A stretch of 29,088 nucleotides of DNA, taken from Candidatus Iainarchaeum sp. Lineage in GTDB: Archaea > Iainarchaeota > Iainarchaeia > Iainarchaeales > GCA-2688035. Position 1 is the stretch's first letter. Every line of letters starts with the position of its first letter. Below, piece by piece: positions 16,114 through 25,789 of the stretch. The position numbers and the translations under genes were made by a program. Location of the stretch: positions 1-29,088 of the forward strand of contig JAFCCO010000016.1 of assembly GCA_017610175.1 (NCBI GenBank), written 5' to 3'. The notes beneath the pieces are model-generated. The model saw only the letters and a program-made list of their open reading frames with translations. It did not search any database and was not told the DNA's origin.

Positions 16114-17046
16114 TTACACCCTCAGGTAAAGATATTCAATAAAGTAAGAGTAGAGAAACTCGAAGAGCACAATCCACAACACAAGCCCGATTCCCAGCCC
16201 GATTACTGGATCGGAAAAGTAAAGCGGGACGGCAACAAATGCAGCAAACAAAAGCGGGATAAATATGGAGAGAAATTGGTGGTGGTTTCGAAGAAAGTTT
16301 TTCAGCAAAGGCCTTTTTCGGTAGGCGTCTTTTTCAACCCAAAGCATTGGAATGAGATCGCGGTCCGAGATTGCGGTTGACATTTCCTTCATTGCCTTGT
16401 AGGCGGACTCCTGATAGAAAAAGGTGTCGCAAAGCTTGCTTTCGGAAAACTTCTGGCTGTTAACCACCTTTAAAAGCATGTTCTTGTTCAGCAGGTTCTT
16501 GTACTTGCGCATCAACAGGGAGAAATCGCCGTCCGTTAAATCGTTCTTTATTATCTCCTCAACAATCCCTATTGAGGTTGGCTGGCGAAGAATTGCCCGA
16601 ATGAGCTCGGGAGGCAGGCCCTTTCCCTTTTTTTGGTAGGCATGAATTATGCTTAATGTAAGATGTGGAGGCAAGAGGTTCTTGCTCAGATGCTCTACAA
16701 CCGCCCGAATGCTTATCTGGTTGTTGTTAATCTTGTTTACAATCGTCCTGATTTTTTCATCACTTGTGTAGTAACCGAGAACCTGCCGGATTGGGCGAAT
16801 GTTTGCCACCCCAAAGGTTGTCAGAATCAATATAAGCAGAAGCCCTTCCACAAGGTAGAATGTTTGAAGCAGAATCGAACTCGCATAGTAGAACAGTGCA
16901 ATAAACAGGAATCCGTGGAAGAAAAAGCGGGTTTCGAGAGGAATGTTCCAGCCGCGCTTTTCCAAAAAGTCAAAGGCAAAATCCACCATTACAAAGAACG
17001 CATTGTTGATTTTGTCAAAGAATCCCCTGTCACGCGGTTTGGGCAT
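16114..17046 (-). CDS. Hypothetical membrane protein
   Basis: 310 aa with TM pairs at both ends around a helical soluble domain. Ends 3 nt before rdgB. Confidence 0.8.
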   Translation of the reverse strand: MPKPRDRGFFDKINNAFFVMVDFAFDFLEKRGWNIPLETRFFFHGFLFIALFYYASSILLQTFYLVEGLLLILILTTFGVANIRPIRQVLGYYTSDEKIRTIVNKINNNQISIRAVVEHLSKNLLPPHLTLSIIHAYQKKGKGLPPELIRAILRQPTSIGIVEEIIKNDLTDGDFSLLMRKYKNLLNKNMLLKVVNSQKFSESKLCDTFFYQESAYKAMKEMSTAISDRDLIPMLWVEKDAYRKRPLLKNFLRNHHQFLSIFIPLLFAAFVAVPLYFSDPVIGLGIGLVLWIVLFEFLYSYFIEYLYLRV

Positions 17047-17151
17047 TTTAATCAGGAATACTTAGGTTTATTCAACAATTTAAAGCTTTCCAAGCGCCCT
17101 GAAAAAGGCAAATAAAAGCATTATAAAGGATTTAGTCTTTTGTTTTAATAG

Positions 17152-18837
17152 ATGACAGAATTTTTCCTAGAGTTATCCGCAGTAATCGTTGTAGCTGCAG
17201 CATTGGGAATAATTTTCAAGAAATTCAGGCAGCCAACCGTCCTTGCATTCATTGTGACCGGTATTTTGCTTGGAAGCGCTTTCTTTGATGTCATAAGCTT
17301 TCAGGGAGTTATGGCGATTTTTTCAGACCTTGGAATTGCTTTCCTGCTGTTTTTGGTTGGAATAAACCTTGACCCAAAGGTACTGAAGGATATTGGAAAA
17401 ACAAGCATAATAACGGGCTTGGGCCAAATTACTTTCACGTTCATCATCGGATTCATAATAGCGAACGTTCTCGGGTTTGCTTTGATTGAATCTCTTTACA
17501 TTGGACTTGCGCTGACATTCAGCAGCACAATTATCATAATCAAGCTGTTAACGGACAAGAATGACCTGAATTCTCTTTACGCAAAGATTTCAATCGGATT
17601 CCTGCTTGTGCAGGACGCTGTCGCCGTAGTTGCATTGATTTTTGTTTCTGCAATCAAAACGGAGGCAATTCTTTCACAGCAAATTATTGTGTTTGCATTC
17701 AACATAGTGGTTCTTGCAATACTTGTGTGGTTTGTTTCAAAATATGTCATCAAAAGGCTCTTTGACAGTTTGGCTCTCTCGCAGGAGCTTTTGTTTCTGG
17801 GGGGAATAAGCTGGTGTTTTGCCCTTGCATCCCTTTCAATGATTCTGGTTGACTCAAAGGAAATTGGGGCTTTCCTTGCGGGAATTTCAATTGCTTCGCT
17901 TCCCTACAGCTATGAGGTGTTTGCAAAGCTCCGCTATGTGCGGGACTTCTTTATCGTGCTGTTCTTTGTTTACCTTGGGTCAAGCTTTGTGTTCGCGTCA
18001 ACGGGCGAGGTTTTGGTTCCCGCAATAATCCTCTCACTTGTTGTGCTGATTGGAAATCCGATAATTATCTTTGTGCTAATGTCCTTTTTGGGATACAAGC
18101 CAAGAACGGCCTTTATGTCAGGCTCAAGCTTTGCCCAAATAAGTGAATTTTCATTGATTCTTATTTTCCTGGGGGCAAAGATTGGACATGTTTCGCAGAA
18201 GGTAACCTCAACAATTACAATTGTCGCGGTTATAACAATTGCAATTTCAACATACTTCATCCTCTACAACAACAGGATTTACGAAGCATTGTTCAAGAAA
18301 ATCAGGCTTTTCAAGAAATCAAACCCGCTTGAAAACGAGCTTTCAACAGTAAAAGAAAAAAAATACAAGCTCGTGATTCTTGGGTTTGGAGAAACAGGTG
18401 CAAAGGTTTTCTCGCAAATAAAGAGCCCGAAGAAGGACATACTGGTTATTGATTATGATCCAAGGGTTGTAAAAAAATGCATCAAGGAAGGATTTGACTG
18501 CATGTACGGTGACGCAACAGACCTTGACACAATAAAGTTTGCAATGACCCACAAGCCGGACATAATTGTTTCAACAGTAATGGACCAGGAGACCAACGAA
18601 ATTTTGGTGAAGGAATTCAAGAAAAAGAAGAAGGAAGACAGGAACCTGATAATTTTGGCAAACTCGCTTGAGGACGCAAAGCACCTTTACGAGAAAAAAG
18701 CGGACTTTGTGCTTGTGCCCTCACTGCTTGCGGCAGAAAGAATTGGGGTAATAATTAAGGACTTAAAGAAAGGAAGGAACTTCGAGCTTGATTGGCTGAG
18801 AAGAATTCACGAAAATGACATAAACCACAAAAAATAG
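17152..18837 (+). CDS. Kef-type (CPA2) cation:proton antiporter with C-terminal TrkA-N/RCK domain
   Basis: LLFLVG, LTFSSTIIIIKLL, LLVQD, GAFLAG, QISEFSLI, LGFGETG and YGDATD. Confidence 0.93.
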   Translation: MTEFFLELSAVIVVAAALGIIFKKFRQPTVLAFIVTGILLGSAFFDVISFQGVMAIFSDLGIAFLLFLVGINLDPKVLKDIGKTSIITGLGQITFTFIIGFIIANVLGFALIESLYIGLALTFSSTIIIIKLLTDKNDLNSLYAKISIGFLLVQDAVAVVALIFVSAIKTEAILSQQIIVFAFNIVVLAILVWFVSKYVIKRLFDSLALSQELLFLGGISWCFALASLSMILVDSKEIGAFLAGISIASLPYSYEVFAKLRYVRDFFIVLFFVYLGSSFVFASTGEVLVPAIILSLVVLIGNPIIIFVLMSFLGYKPRTAFMSGSSFAQISEFSLILIFLGAKIGHVSQKVTSTITIVAVITIAISTYFILYNNRIYEALFKKIRLFKKSNPLENELSTVKEKKYKLVILGFGETGAKVFSQIKSPKKDILVIDYDPRVVKKCIKEGFDCMYGDATDLDTIKFAMTHKPDIIVSTVMDQETNEILVKEFKKKKKEDRNLIILANSLEDAKHLYEKKADFVLVPSLLAAERIGVIIKDLKKGRNFELDWLRRIHENDINHKK

Positions 18838-18843
18838 GAGGGG

Positions 18844-19200
18844 TTGGATTTGGTGCAGTATCATTTGGGAAAAGTTTTGAAGGTAATAAAGCAAGATAAG
18901 GACGTTGTCTCCGCAGACGCCAGCGTGCAGGCAATTATGGAAATGTGGGACGGAAACCAGTTAATTCTGGGAACTGACCCAGGCCTTGCGGGACAAGTTA
19001 AGGCAAACGACGTTGTGCTAATTGACTACAACCCGGTTCCGGGAGTTTCACCGCCTGTTCCAAAAATGGTGGCTGTTAAAATCCTCAGGGGAAAAGCCGG
19101 AAAGGACAGTTGGGAACTGTTCAAAAAATACAAGGAAGAAAAAAGCAAACTCGCAGAGCCAAAGGAAAGCCCTGTGCTTGAAATACCTTACTCCAGGTAA
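18844..19200 (+). CDS. Hypothetical protein (beta-rich, possibly OB-fold-like)
   Basis: 118 aa ORF with TTG start after a GGAGG RBS, directly after the antiporter. Confidence 0.75.
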   Translation: MDLVQYHLGKVLKVIKQDKDVVSADASVQAIMEMWDGNQLILGTDPGLAGQVKANDVVLIDYNPVPGVSPPVPKMVAVKILRGKAGKDSWELFKKYKEEKSKLAEPKESPVLEIPYSR

Positions 19201-19282
19201 TTGAGCGTATCGGAAAGGATACCGTTGCGAAATTCTTTTTTAATTGAATGACCATAATATATACAAAAATAGAGGTGGAAAA

Positions 19283-19867
19283 ATGGAGGAGACTTTGAAA
19301 AACCTTGCAAAGGCATTTATTGGGGAAAGCCAGGCAAGGAACAGGTACACAATATACTCAAAGATTGCGCAAAAAGAAGGGTTTGAGCAAATCTCGGAAC
19401 TGTTTTTGGTTACAGCAGACAATGAAAGGGAGCACGCAAAATGGCTCTTCAGGCTGATTAATGAATTGAAGAAAAAGCAGGACAAGCCGGCTGATGAAAT
19501 TAAGGTCGAGGCCGTTGCGCCGACAACGCTTGGAACAACAACCGAGAACCTGAAAGCCGCAATTGCAGGCGAGCACTACGAATTTATGGACATGTACCCG
19601 AAGTTTGCAGATGTTGCGGAAAAAGAGGGGCTCGAGGGGATTGCAATAAGGCTCCGCGCAATAGCGAAGGCTGAATCACACCACGAAGACCGGTACAAAC
19701 GGCTTCTTGCAGAAATTGAAGGTGGAACGCTTCTGAAAAAGGCGGAGAAAAAGGAATGGGTCTGCAGAAAATGCGGCTACGTGCACGAGGGAGAGGAACC
19801 CCCTGAAAAATGCCCAAGCTGCGACCACGAAACAAAATACTTTGAATTAAAATGTGAGCAATACTAA
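19283..19867 (+). CDS. rbr: Rubrerythrin
   Basis: AFIGESQARNRY, EREHA, GEHYE, ESHH and C-terminal CRKCG...CPSC. GAGGTG RBS before ATG 19283. Confidence 0.95.
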   Translation: MEETLKNLAKAFIGESQARNRYTIYSKIAQKEGFEQISELFLVTADNEREHAKWLFRLINELKKKQDKPADEIKVEAVAPTTLGTTTENLKAAIAGEHYEFMDMYPKFADVAEKEGLEGIAIRLRAIAKAESHHEDRYKRLLAEIEGGTLLKKAEKKEWVCRKCGYVHEGEEPPEKCPSCDHETKYFELKCEQY

Positions 19868-19877
19868 AGGAAACCAA

Positions 19878-20399
19878 ATGATTAAACTTTTCAGATGCAA
19901 AATTTGCGGAGACCCTTATATTGGAGAGGCAGCTCCAAGCAGGTGCCCGTTCTGCGGGGCATATGAAGAATTCCTTGTTGAGGCAGTTTGTCCAGGTGAA
20001 ACATTTGATGTTGAACTCAACGAAAAGGACAGGGCAAATGTTGAAAAGGGCCTTGAGGTTGAAATATCCAATACACAGTTTTACTTCTGCGCCGCCGAGA
20101 AAACAGATGATGAGGAAGGAAAACAACTTTTCAAGGCACTTGGAAGAGTGGAGGCCGAACACGCCTCAATCTGGAGAAAAATCCTGAAGCTTCCAAAGGA
20201 ACGGATTTCGGGTTCGGAGAACTGCTCGGAATCCAACAGAGAAAACCTGCAGGAGTCACACGACAGGGAAGATATGGCAATCAAGTTTTACGCAAAAGCC
20301 GGGGCCGAAGCAGAAAACGAACGCGTTAAGGAAATATTCAAGGCACTTGTGCAAGTGGAACAGGATCACTTGAAACTTAGCGAAGAAAGGCTGAAATGA
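19878..20399 (+). CDS. Rubredoxin-like CxxC domain fused to a ferritin-like diiron domain (reverse rubrerythrin-like)
   Basis: N-terminal CKICG...CPFCGA with EAEH and EQDH diiron motifs. Confidence 0.85.
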   Translation: MIKLFRCKICGDPYIGEAAPSRCPFCGAYEEFLVEAVCPGETFDVELNEKDRANVEKGLEVEISNTQFYFCAAEKTDDEEGKQLFKALGRVEAEHASIWRKILKLPKERISGSENCSESNRENLQESHDREDMAIKFYAKAGAEAENERVKEIFKALVQVEQDHLKLSEERLK

Positions 20400-20414
20400 A
20401 CGGAGGTAGTAAAA

Positions 20415-20801
20415 ATGAACGGGAAAAAAGTGAATGAAATTTACAAATGCGGAGATTGCGGAGACATAGTTGAACTTCTGCGCATTGGCGGGGGAGAAAT
20501 TGTTTGCTGCGACAAGCCAATAGAAATATTGCAGGAAAAAACATCTGAGGAAGGGAAGGAAAAGCACGTTCCGGTAATTGAAAAAACAGAGAACGGATTC
20601 AAAGTAAAAATTGGTTCAATTCCACACCCGATGGAAACAGGGCACCACATCGAGTGGATTGAAATTATAGTGGATGGAAGGGTGTACAGGAAATTCCTAA
20701 AAGCAGGCGACGCGCCCGAAGCGGAATTCTGCATCAAAGCTGAAAAAATTACGGCAAGGGAACACTGCAACCTGCACGGGCTGTGGAAAGCGGAAGCATA
20801 G
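20415..20801 (+). CDS. dfx: Desulfoferrodoxin (2Fe superoxide reductase)
   Basis: CGDCG...CC, EKHVP, HPM, HHIEWI and CNLHGLW. GGAGGT RBS. Confidence 0.96.
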   Translation: MNGKKVNEIYKCGDCGDIVELLRIGGGEIVCCDKPIEILQEKTSEEGKEKHVPVIEKTENGFKVKIGSIPHPMETGHHIEWIEIIVDGRVYRKFLKAGDAPEAEFCIKAEKITAREHCNLHGLWKAEA

Positions 20802-20809
20802 GTGATTCA

Positions 20810-21337
20810 ATGGAGATAGTGAAGAAACTGGTGGAAATCCCACAAGAAGAGGTTGCAGAGATTTCAAAAGCGGTTGCAATAGCAAAGGAACTTGAGATTA
20901 AGGCAAGGGATTTCTACCAAAAGAACGCGGACAAGTCAGACGAGCAGGATGTAAAGAATGCATTCATGTTTCTTGTGAAAGAGGAACAGGAACACTTTGA
21001 TGCACTTACGGCAGTTGAGGACACTTTGAAGAAAGAGGGAAAGTTTGCTGTCGTAAGCGATGAAGTCCTGAAACACCTTGAAAAGCCGCAGGTTTACCCA
21101 GACAACACAGACCCAAAGAAAGACATTGACAAAAAGAACGAACTAACCGTTCTTCTCTGGGCAATGCGCATGGAGAGAAAAGCAGAACTCTTTTACAGGG
21201 AACAGGCAGGCAAAACAAGCGTTCCAGAAGTAAAGGAATTCTTCAACACGCTTGCGGAGTTTGAAGTAGGGCACTTCCAGTACCTGGACGGAATATTCTC
21301 CTCCTGGACAAGCACAGACGACTTTATTCTGGGGTAG
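20810..21337 (+). CDS. Ferritin-like/rubrerythrin-family diiron protein
   Basis: Two repeats: E....DFY...EEQEH and E....LFY...FEVGH. GGTGA RBS. Confidence 0.85.
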   Translation: MEIVKKLVEIPQEEVAEISKAVAIAKELEIKARDFYQKNADKSDEQDVKNAFMFLVKEEQEHFDALTAVEDTLKKEGKFAVVSDEVLKHLEKPQVYPDNTDPKKDIDKKNELTVLLWAMRMERKAELFYREQAGKTSVPEVKEFFNTLAEFEVGHFQYLDGIFSSWTSTDDFILG

Positions 21338-21342
21338 CAAAA

Positions 21343-21981
21343 CTACTTCAAAACCTCGCCAGCTTTAAGGTACCACATATACAAATCCAGTTCCGCCGGA
21401 GCCATTCCGGCACGCTTTGCAAGGGCATTAAACTTCTTCTCAATACCCAAATAAGTTTTTTTCGAAAGCGACTTGGGCTTTTCATCAATGAGCTTGTTTT
21501 CAACCATTAGATTAAGAATGTGCCTGTCAAGAATTGCCAGGCCCTCGAAACCAACGTTTCTCAAAAAATGCGAGGCCTCCTTGAAACCGATTCCCTTAAT
21601 GTTCTTCACAAGCCACTCCCTTGCCTCTGCCTCACCGCGTTCCTTCACAATTGCCTGAATTTTTTCCTTAATGTCAAGGTACGCCCTTGCACCAACAATG
21701 AATCTTGTTTTGTTGTTGTGGAACCTGTGTTTTGCCTTGCGGATGCATTTTTTAACGTCTGAAGCGCATGCATCGCAAAAACCCCTTGCCCCAAGAGTCT
21801 GCTGAATCTGAAGCGCGGTTTCCGCCTTGGAATTCGCAGTGAGGATGCAGAAGCAAAGCTCTGAAAACCACTCCTCGTTTGGCTTGTTTTTGAACGACTC
21901 AAATTCGTGAAGGCGCAGATTAACCAGCTTTCCAACCCGCCCTGTGCGCAGTTTTTTTACAGTTGAAACAAGTGAAGCCAT
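21343..21981 (-). CDS. ogg: 8-oxoguanine DNA glycosylase/AP lyase (Ogg2 type)
   Basis: ELCFCILTAN, HhH KGIGFKEASHFLRNVG, AILDRHIL, ELDLYMW and C-terminal Lys. Confidence 0.95.
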   Translation of the reverse strand: MASLVSTVKKLRTGRVGKLVNLRLHEFESFKNKPNEEWFSELCFCILTANSKAETALQIQQTLGARGFCDACASDVKKCIRKAKHRFHNNKTRFIVGARAYLDIKEKIQAIVKERGEAEAREWLVKNIKGIGFKEASHFLRNVGFEGLAILDRHILNLMVENKLIDEKPKSLSKKTYLGIEKKFNALAKRAGMAPAELDLYMWYLKAGEVLK

Positions 21982-22063
21982 GCAAATACAAAACACAAAA
22001 AGCGTTTTAAGCGCGACGGCTACAATGCATTAAAAAAATGGAATGCGCCGGGGCAAAGCCAAC

Positions 22064-22321
22064 TTACATTCCCATCTGCTCTTTTTCGGAAGCGCGGGTG
22101 CAGTAATAGTCTTTCTTCAGGCTCATTTTTGTGTAAACAGGGCAGGATGGACAGGCGCAGCCCTTCTCTTCCTTGATGCACTTGCTTTTTCCAATCGTTG
22201 GAAAGCAGAATGCGATGTCCTCTCCACAATCCGCAAAGCTCGGGCAGCCCCTGCAGACACACATGGAGACAGCCATCTTCTTCTTTTCTTCCATTTGCTC
22301 TGGCGTATTTTCTTCTTCCAT
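22064..22321 (-). CDS. Small Cys-rich protein (DUF2769-like)
   Basis: CVCRGCPSF...FC...GKSKCI....GCACPSCPVY...YYC. GGAGGT RBS. Confidence 0.85.
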   Translation of the reverse strand: MEEENTPEQMEEKKKMAVSMCVCRGCPSFADCGEDIAFCFPTIGKSKCIKEEKGCACPSCPVYTKMSLKKDYYCTRASEKEQMGM

Positions 22322-22400
22322 TTAACTTACCTCCAATACCCCAGCAGAATAACCTGCAATGTCGTATAAATAGCTTTCGAATTGATACTTTGCCCGATAG

Positions 22401-23428
22401 CTATAGGAAAAGGTTGAAAAGGTATCCGAGGATGACAACCTGCGGAACCGCAATCAAGGGAAGGGCAATGGCTGCCCTCTTCCCGATATTTTTTCAAATC
22501 AGGCCGATTTCAGTGTAATCCGTTGCCACTCCAGCCATCAGGAAAACGGTGCTGTTTCCAAAAGCACCGGTTTGTGTGAATATTTCAAACGCAAGCGGGG
22601 CAGAGCCCTCACTGCAAACCTCAATCACAATTGCAAGCGCAAACGTAACAAACAGGCCAAGGATTGTGGGGCCAAGGTAATACGAAAACATTTCGGCAGA
22701 AATAAATGAACGGGCAACACTCGCCATAAATGTTCCGATTACAATCCATCAGAGCACCATTTTCATAAGGAACCATGAGCCCTGCGCAACACCCACAATT
22801 GATTCCTTAACATTTGAAGCCGTGAACCTGTATCCGCGCAGCCTCATTGCAGCGTCTTTTCTGATTGAAAAATCGGTTTTGGTTTCAACAGGCTGCGAGT
22901 TGTTTTCAATAAGCCCGCGCCTTTCAAGAACCTGGAAAATAAGGCCTGTGTTAATCGCAATAATTATTGCGGAAACAACTATGAAAAATGCCTTGAACCC
23001 AAAGAAACCAAAGAGCAAAACAGTTAGGGGGAGATTTGCCCAAGGGCTTGCCAAAAGGAATGCAACTACACTAGAGGTTGAGGCTCCCTTTTTGTAGATG
23101 CTCATTGAAATCGCAAGAATGCCGTGGCAGCAGGCAGACATAAGGAACCCGAATGCAACGGAGTAAAAGATTGTCCTCTTCCTTTTCTGCGAAAGGTATT
23201 TTTGGATGTAAGCGCAGGGCACAAAGTGGTTAACTATTCCTCCAATTAAAAAGCCAAGCAGAAGCGCCCACCAGATAAGGGAAAAGTATTCAATAAAAGT
23301 GTGGAGAATTGGTTCAAGAGGGGCAAAGAAAAAGCCACCTATAAGAACTAATCCAATAAGAAAAGAGATCTGGAAAAGCCTGTCTTCATACCACTTTTTT
23401 TGTGAACATCACAACTTTCACAGGCCAC
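22401..23428 (-). pseudogene. Permease (DUF318/ArsP_1-like) disrupted by a frameshift and two TGA codons
   Basis: SACCHG, AFLLASP, EVCSEGSAP and FLMAG motifs. In-frame TGA at 22749-22751 and 22494-22496, with the frame continuing to TAG 22401. 5' frameshift in the A7 run (23395-23401) after GTG 23428. Confidence 0.85.
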
Positions 23429-23503
23429 ACACTGACTGTACCCCAAGCAAAAACAATTGGATAAACTATTTAAATAACAAATGTGTAGTGGTAATTGAAA
23501 CCA

Positions 23504-25336
23504 ATGGCTAATTACAAAAAGATTGAAAAGCTTGCAAAAGTGATAAGATATTACAGCCTTGTTTCCACAACAGAGGCAGGTTCAGGGCATCCAACATCAT
23601 CCCTGTCCGCAACAGACCTAATGGCAACGCTGATGTTCGGCGGGTTTTTCAAATTTGATGCAAACAGCCCAAAGAATGAAAACAATGACAGGCTACTTTT
23701 TTCCAAGGGACACGCTTCCCCATTATTCTATTCACTGTGGCTTGCTGCCGGAAAGGTTTCGGAAAAGCAAATGCTTAACCTGAGAAAATTTGGAAGCCCG
23801 CTGGAGGGACACCCAACGCCTGCATTCAAATATACGGAGGCCGCAACAGGCTCGCTTGGGCAGGGCCTCTCAATCGGGGTTGGAATGGCACTCAACGCAA
23901 AGTACCTTGACAAGCTGCCCTACAAAACATTTGTATTGCTTGGGGACAGCGAAATGGCGGAGGGTTCAGTGTGGGAAGCAATGGAAATTGCCGCTTTTTA
24001 CAAGCTCAACAACCTTGTTGGAATAATTGATGTAAACAGGCTCGGGCAAAGGGGACAAACAATGTACGGCCACAACCTCAAATCATACAGCAAAAAAATT
24101 GCGTCCTTTGGATGGAAAGCAATTGAGGTTGACGGGCACTCAGTTCCAAAAATTGCGGCGGCATACAAAAAAGCGCTTGCTTCAAAGGGCAAGCCAGTGA
24201 TGATTGTGGCAAAAACCCTCAAAGGAAAGGGAGTGAAACTTTTTGAAAACAAGGGAGGCTGGCACGGAAAGGCACTGAACAGGGATCAGTTAGAGCAGGC
24301 AATTAAGGGTCTGGGAAGCTTTAACAAAAAAGAAAGGGGAAAACTTGCAAAGCCACTCCTTAGAAAACCAAGAACCCCAAAGAAGGGAAAGGTTAAAGCA
24401 ATTGCATACTCAAAGGGGGAAGAGCTTGCAACAAGGAAAGCTTACGGGAAAGCGCTTGCAAGAATCTATCCAAGATTTACTTCAATTGTTTCATTGGATG
24501 CCGAGGTAAGCAACTCAACATATGCTGAAACATTCAAGAACGAGCACCCTGAAAGGTTCTTTGAAATGTTTATTGCGGAACAGAACATGGTGGGAACCGC
24601 TTTGGGCCTTGCAAACAGGGGCAAAATTCCGTTTGTTTCAACCTTTGCGGCGTTTCTCTCCCGCGCACACGACCAAATCAGAATGTCACAGTACTCAAAC
24701 GCAAACATAAAGTTTGTGGGATCACACGCAGGCGTTTCGATTGGACAGGATGGGGGATCGCAGATGGCGTTGGAAGACCTTGCAATGATGCGCTCAATTC
24801 TTGGAAGCGTTGTGCTATACCCAAGTGACGCTGTCTCAACAGAAAAGCTCGTTGAGGAGATGGCAAAGCACAGGGGAATAAGCTATATGCGAACAACAAG
24901 GGTCGGGACTCCTGTACTTTACAAAAACGGGAAAAAGTTTGTGATTGGCGGAAGCAAAACAGTCAGAAAAAGCAAGCGCGATAAGGTAACAATTGTTAGT
25001 GCGGGAATTACACTGCACGAGGCGATTGCGGCGCACGAGACCCTCAAGAAAAGCAGGATTAATGCACGCGTGATTGATTTATACAGTGTGAAGCCGGTTG
25101 ACAGGAAGGCACTGCTTAAGGCCGCACGGGAAACAAGGGCAATAATAACAGTTGAGGACCACTTTGCAGAGGGAGGAATCGGGGAAGCTGTAAAAGATGC
25201 GCTCTCTGAATCCGGTGCAAAGGTTTACTCACTCGCCGTTAGAAAAATGCCCAGAAGCGGCACGCCAAAAGAGCTTATGGATTACGAGCAAATTTCAAGA
25301 AAGGCGATTGTAAAAAAAGTTAAATCAGTTTTGTGA
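23504..25336 (+). CDS. tkt: Transketolase (single chain)
   Basis: SGHPTSSLS, FSKGHA, LEGHP, TGSLGQG, GDSE...N ThDP motif, IAEQNM, GQDG.SQ and VEDH. Confidence 0.96.
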   Translation: MANYKKIEKLAKVIRYYSLVSTTEAGSGHPTSSLSATDLMATLMFGGFFKFDANSPKNENNDRLLFSKGHASPLFYSLWLAAGKVSEKQMLNLRKFGSPLEGHPTPAFKYTEAATGSLGQGLSIGVGMALNAKYLDKLPYKTFVLLGDSEMAEGSVWEAMEIAAFYKLNNLVGIIDVNRLGQRGQTMYGHNLKSYSKKIASFGWKAIEVDGHSVPKIAAAYKKALASKGKPVMIVAKTLKGKGVKLFENKGGWHGKALNRDQLEQAIKGLGSFNKKERGKLAKPLLRKPRTPKKGKVKAIAYSKGEELATRKAYGKALARIYPRFTSIVSLDAEVSNSTYAETFKNEHPERFFEMFIAEQNMVGTALGLANRGKIPFVSTFAAFLSRAHDQIRMSQYSNANIKFVGSHAGVSIGQDGGSQMALEDLAMMRSILGSVVLYPSDAVSTEKLVEEMAKHRGISYMRTTRVGTPVLYKNGKKFVIGGSKTVRKSKRDKVTIVSAGITLHEAIAAHETLKKSRINARVIDLYSVKPVDRKALLKAARETRAIITVEDHFAEGGIGEAVKDALSESGAKVYSLAVRKMPRSGTPKELMDYEQISRKAIVKKVKSVL

Positions 25337-25345
25337 GGCCATTGA

Positions 25346-25789
25346 ATGAAAGTTTTTATCGGAGCCGACCACGCGGGATTTACCGTCAAGGAAAAAATAA
25401 AAAAATTCCTTAAACGGAAAGGAATAGGTTATGAGGACATGGGAACGGACTCGCGGAAGTCGGTTGATTACCCTGACTTTGCATTCAAGGTTGCACGCAA
25501 GGTTGCAAAAACAAAGAATTCAAGGGGGATTCTTGTTTGCGGGACAGGGACCGGAATGGTTATTGCCGCAAACAGGGTAAAGGGAATAAGGGCTGTTGCA
25601 GCATATGACAAGTACTCTGCAAAAATGTCAAGGCACGACAATGATGCAAACGTTCTTGCATTGAGAGGAAGGCTCTTTCCCTGGGAGAAAACAAGGAAAA
25701 TAATTTCAACATGGCTGGAGTCAAAGTTCAGCGGAAAAGCAAGGCACAAGAGAAGAATTGGAAAAATCGGGGGAAAAAAGAATGCTTAA
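25346..25789 (+). CDS. rpiB: Ribose-5-phosphate isomerase B
   Basis: GADHAG, VDYPD, CGTGTG, NDANVL and RH.RRI. Confidence 0.96.
   Translation: MKVFIGADHAGFTVKEKIKKFLKRKGIGYEDMGTDSRKSVDYPDFAFKVARKVAKTKNSRGILVCGTGTGMVIAANRVKGIRAVAAYDKYSAKMSRHDNDANVLALRGRLFPWEKTRKIISTWLESKFSGKARHKRRIGKIGGKKNA

Noticed and set aside
19207-19222. GTATC-N6-GATAC upstream of rbr as a second HxlR site
   Set aside because: Spacer differs from the 4315-4327 palindrome (N5), and a 5-bp arm can occur by chance.
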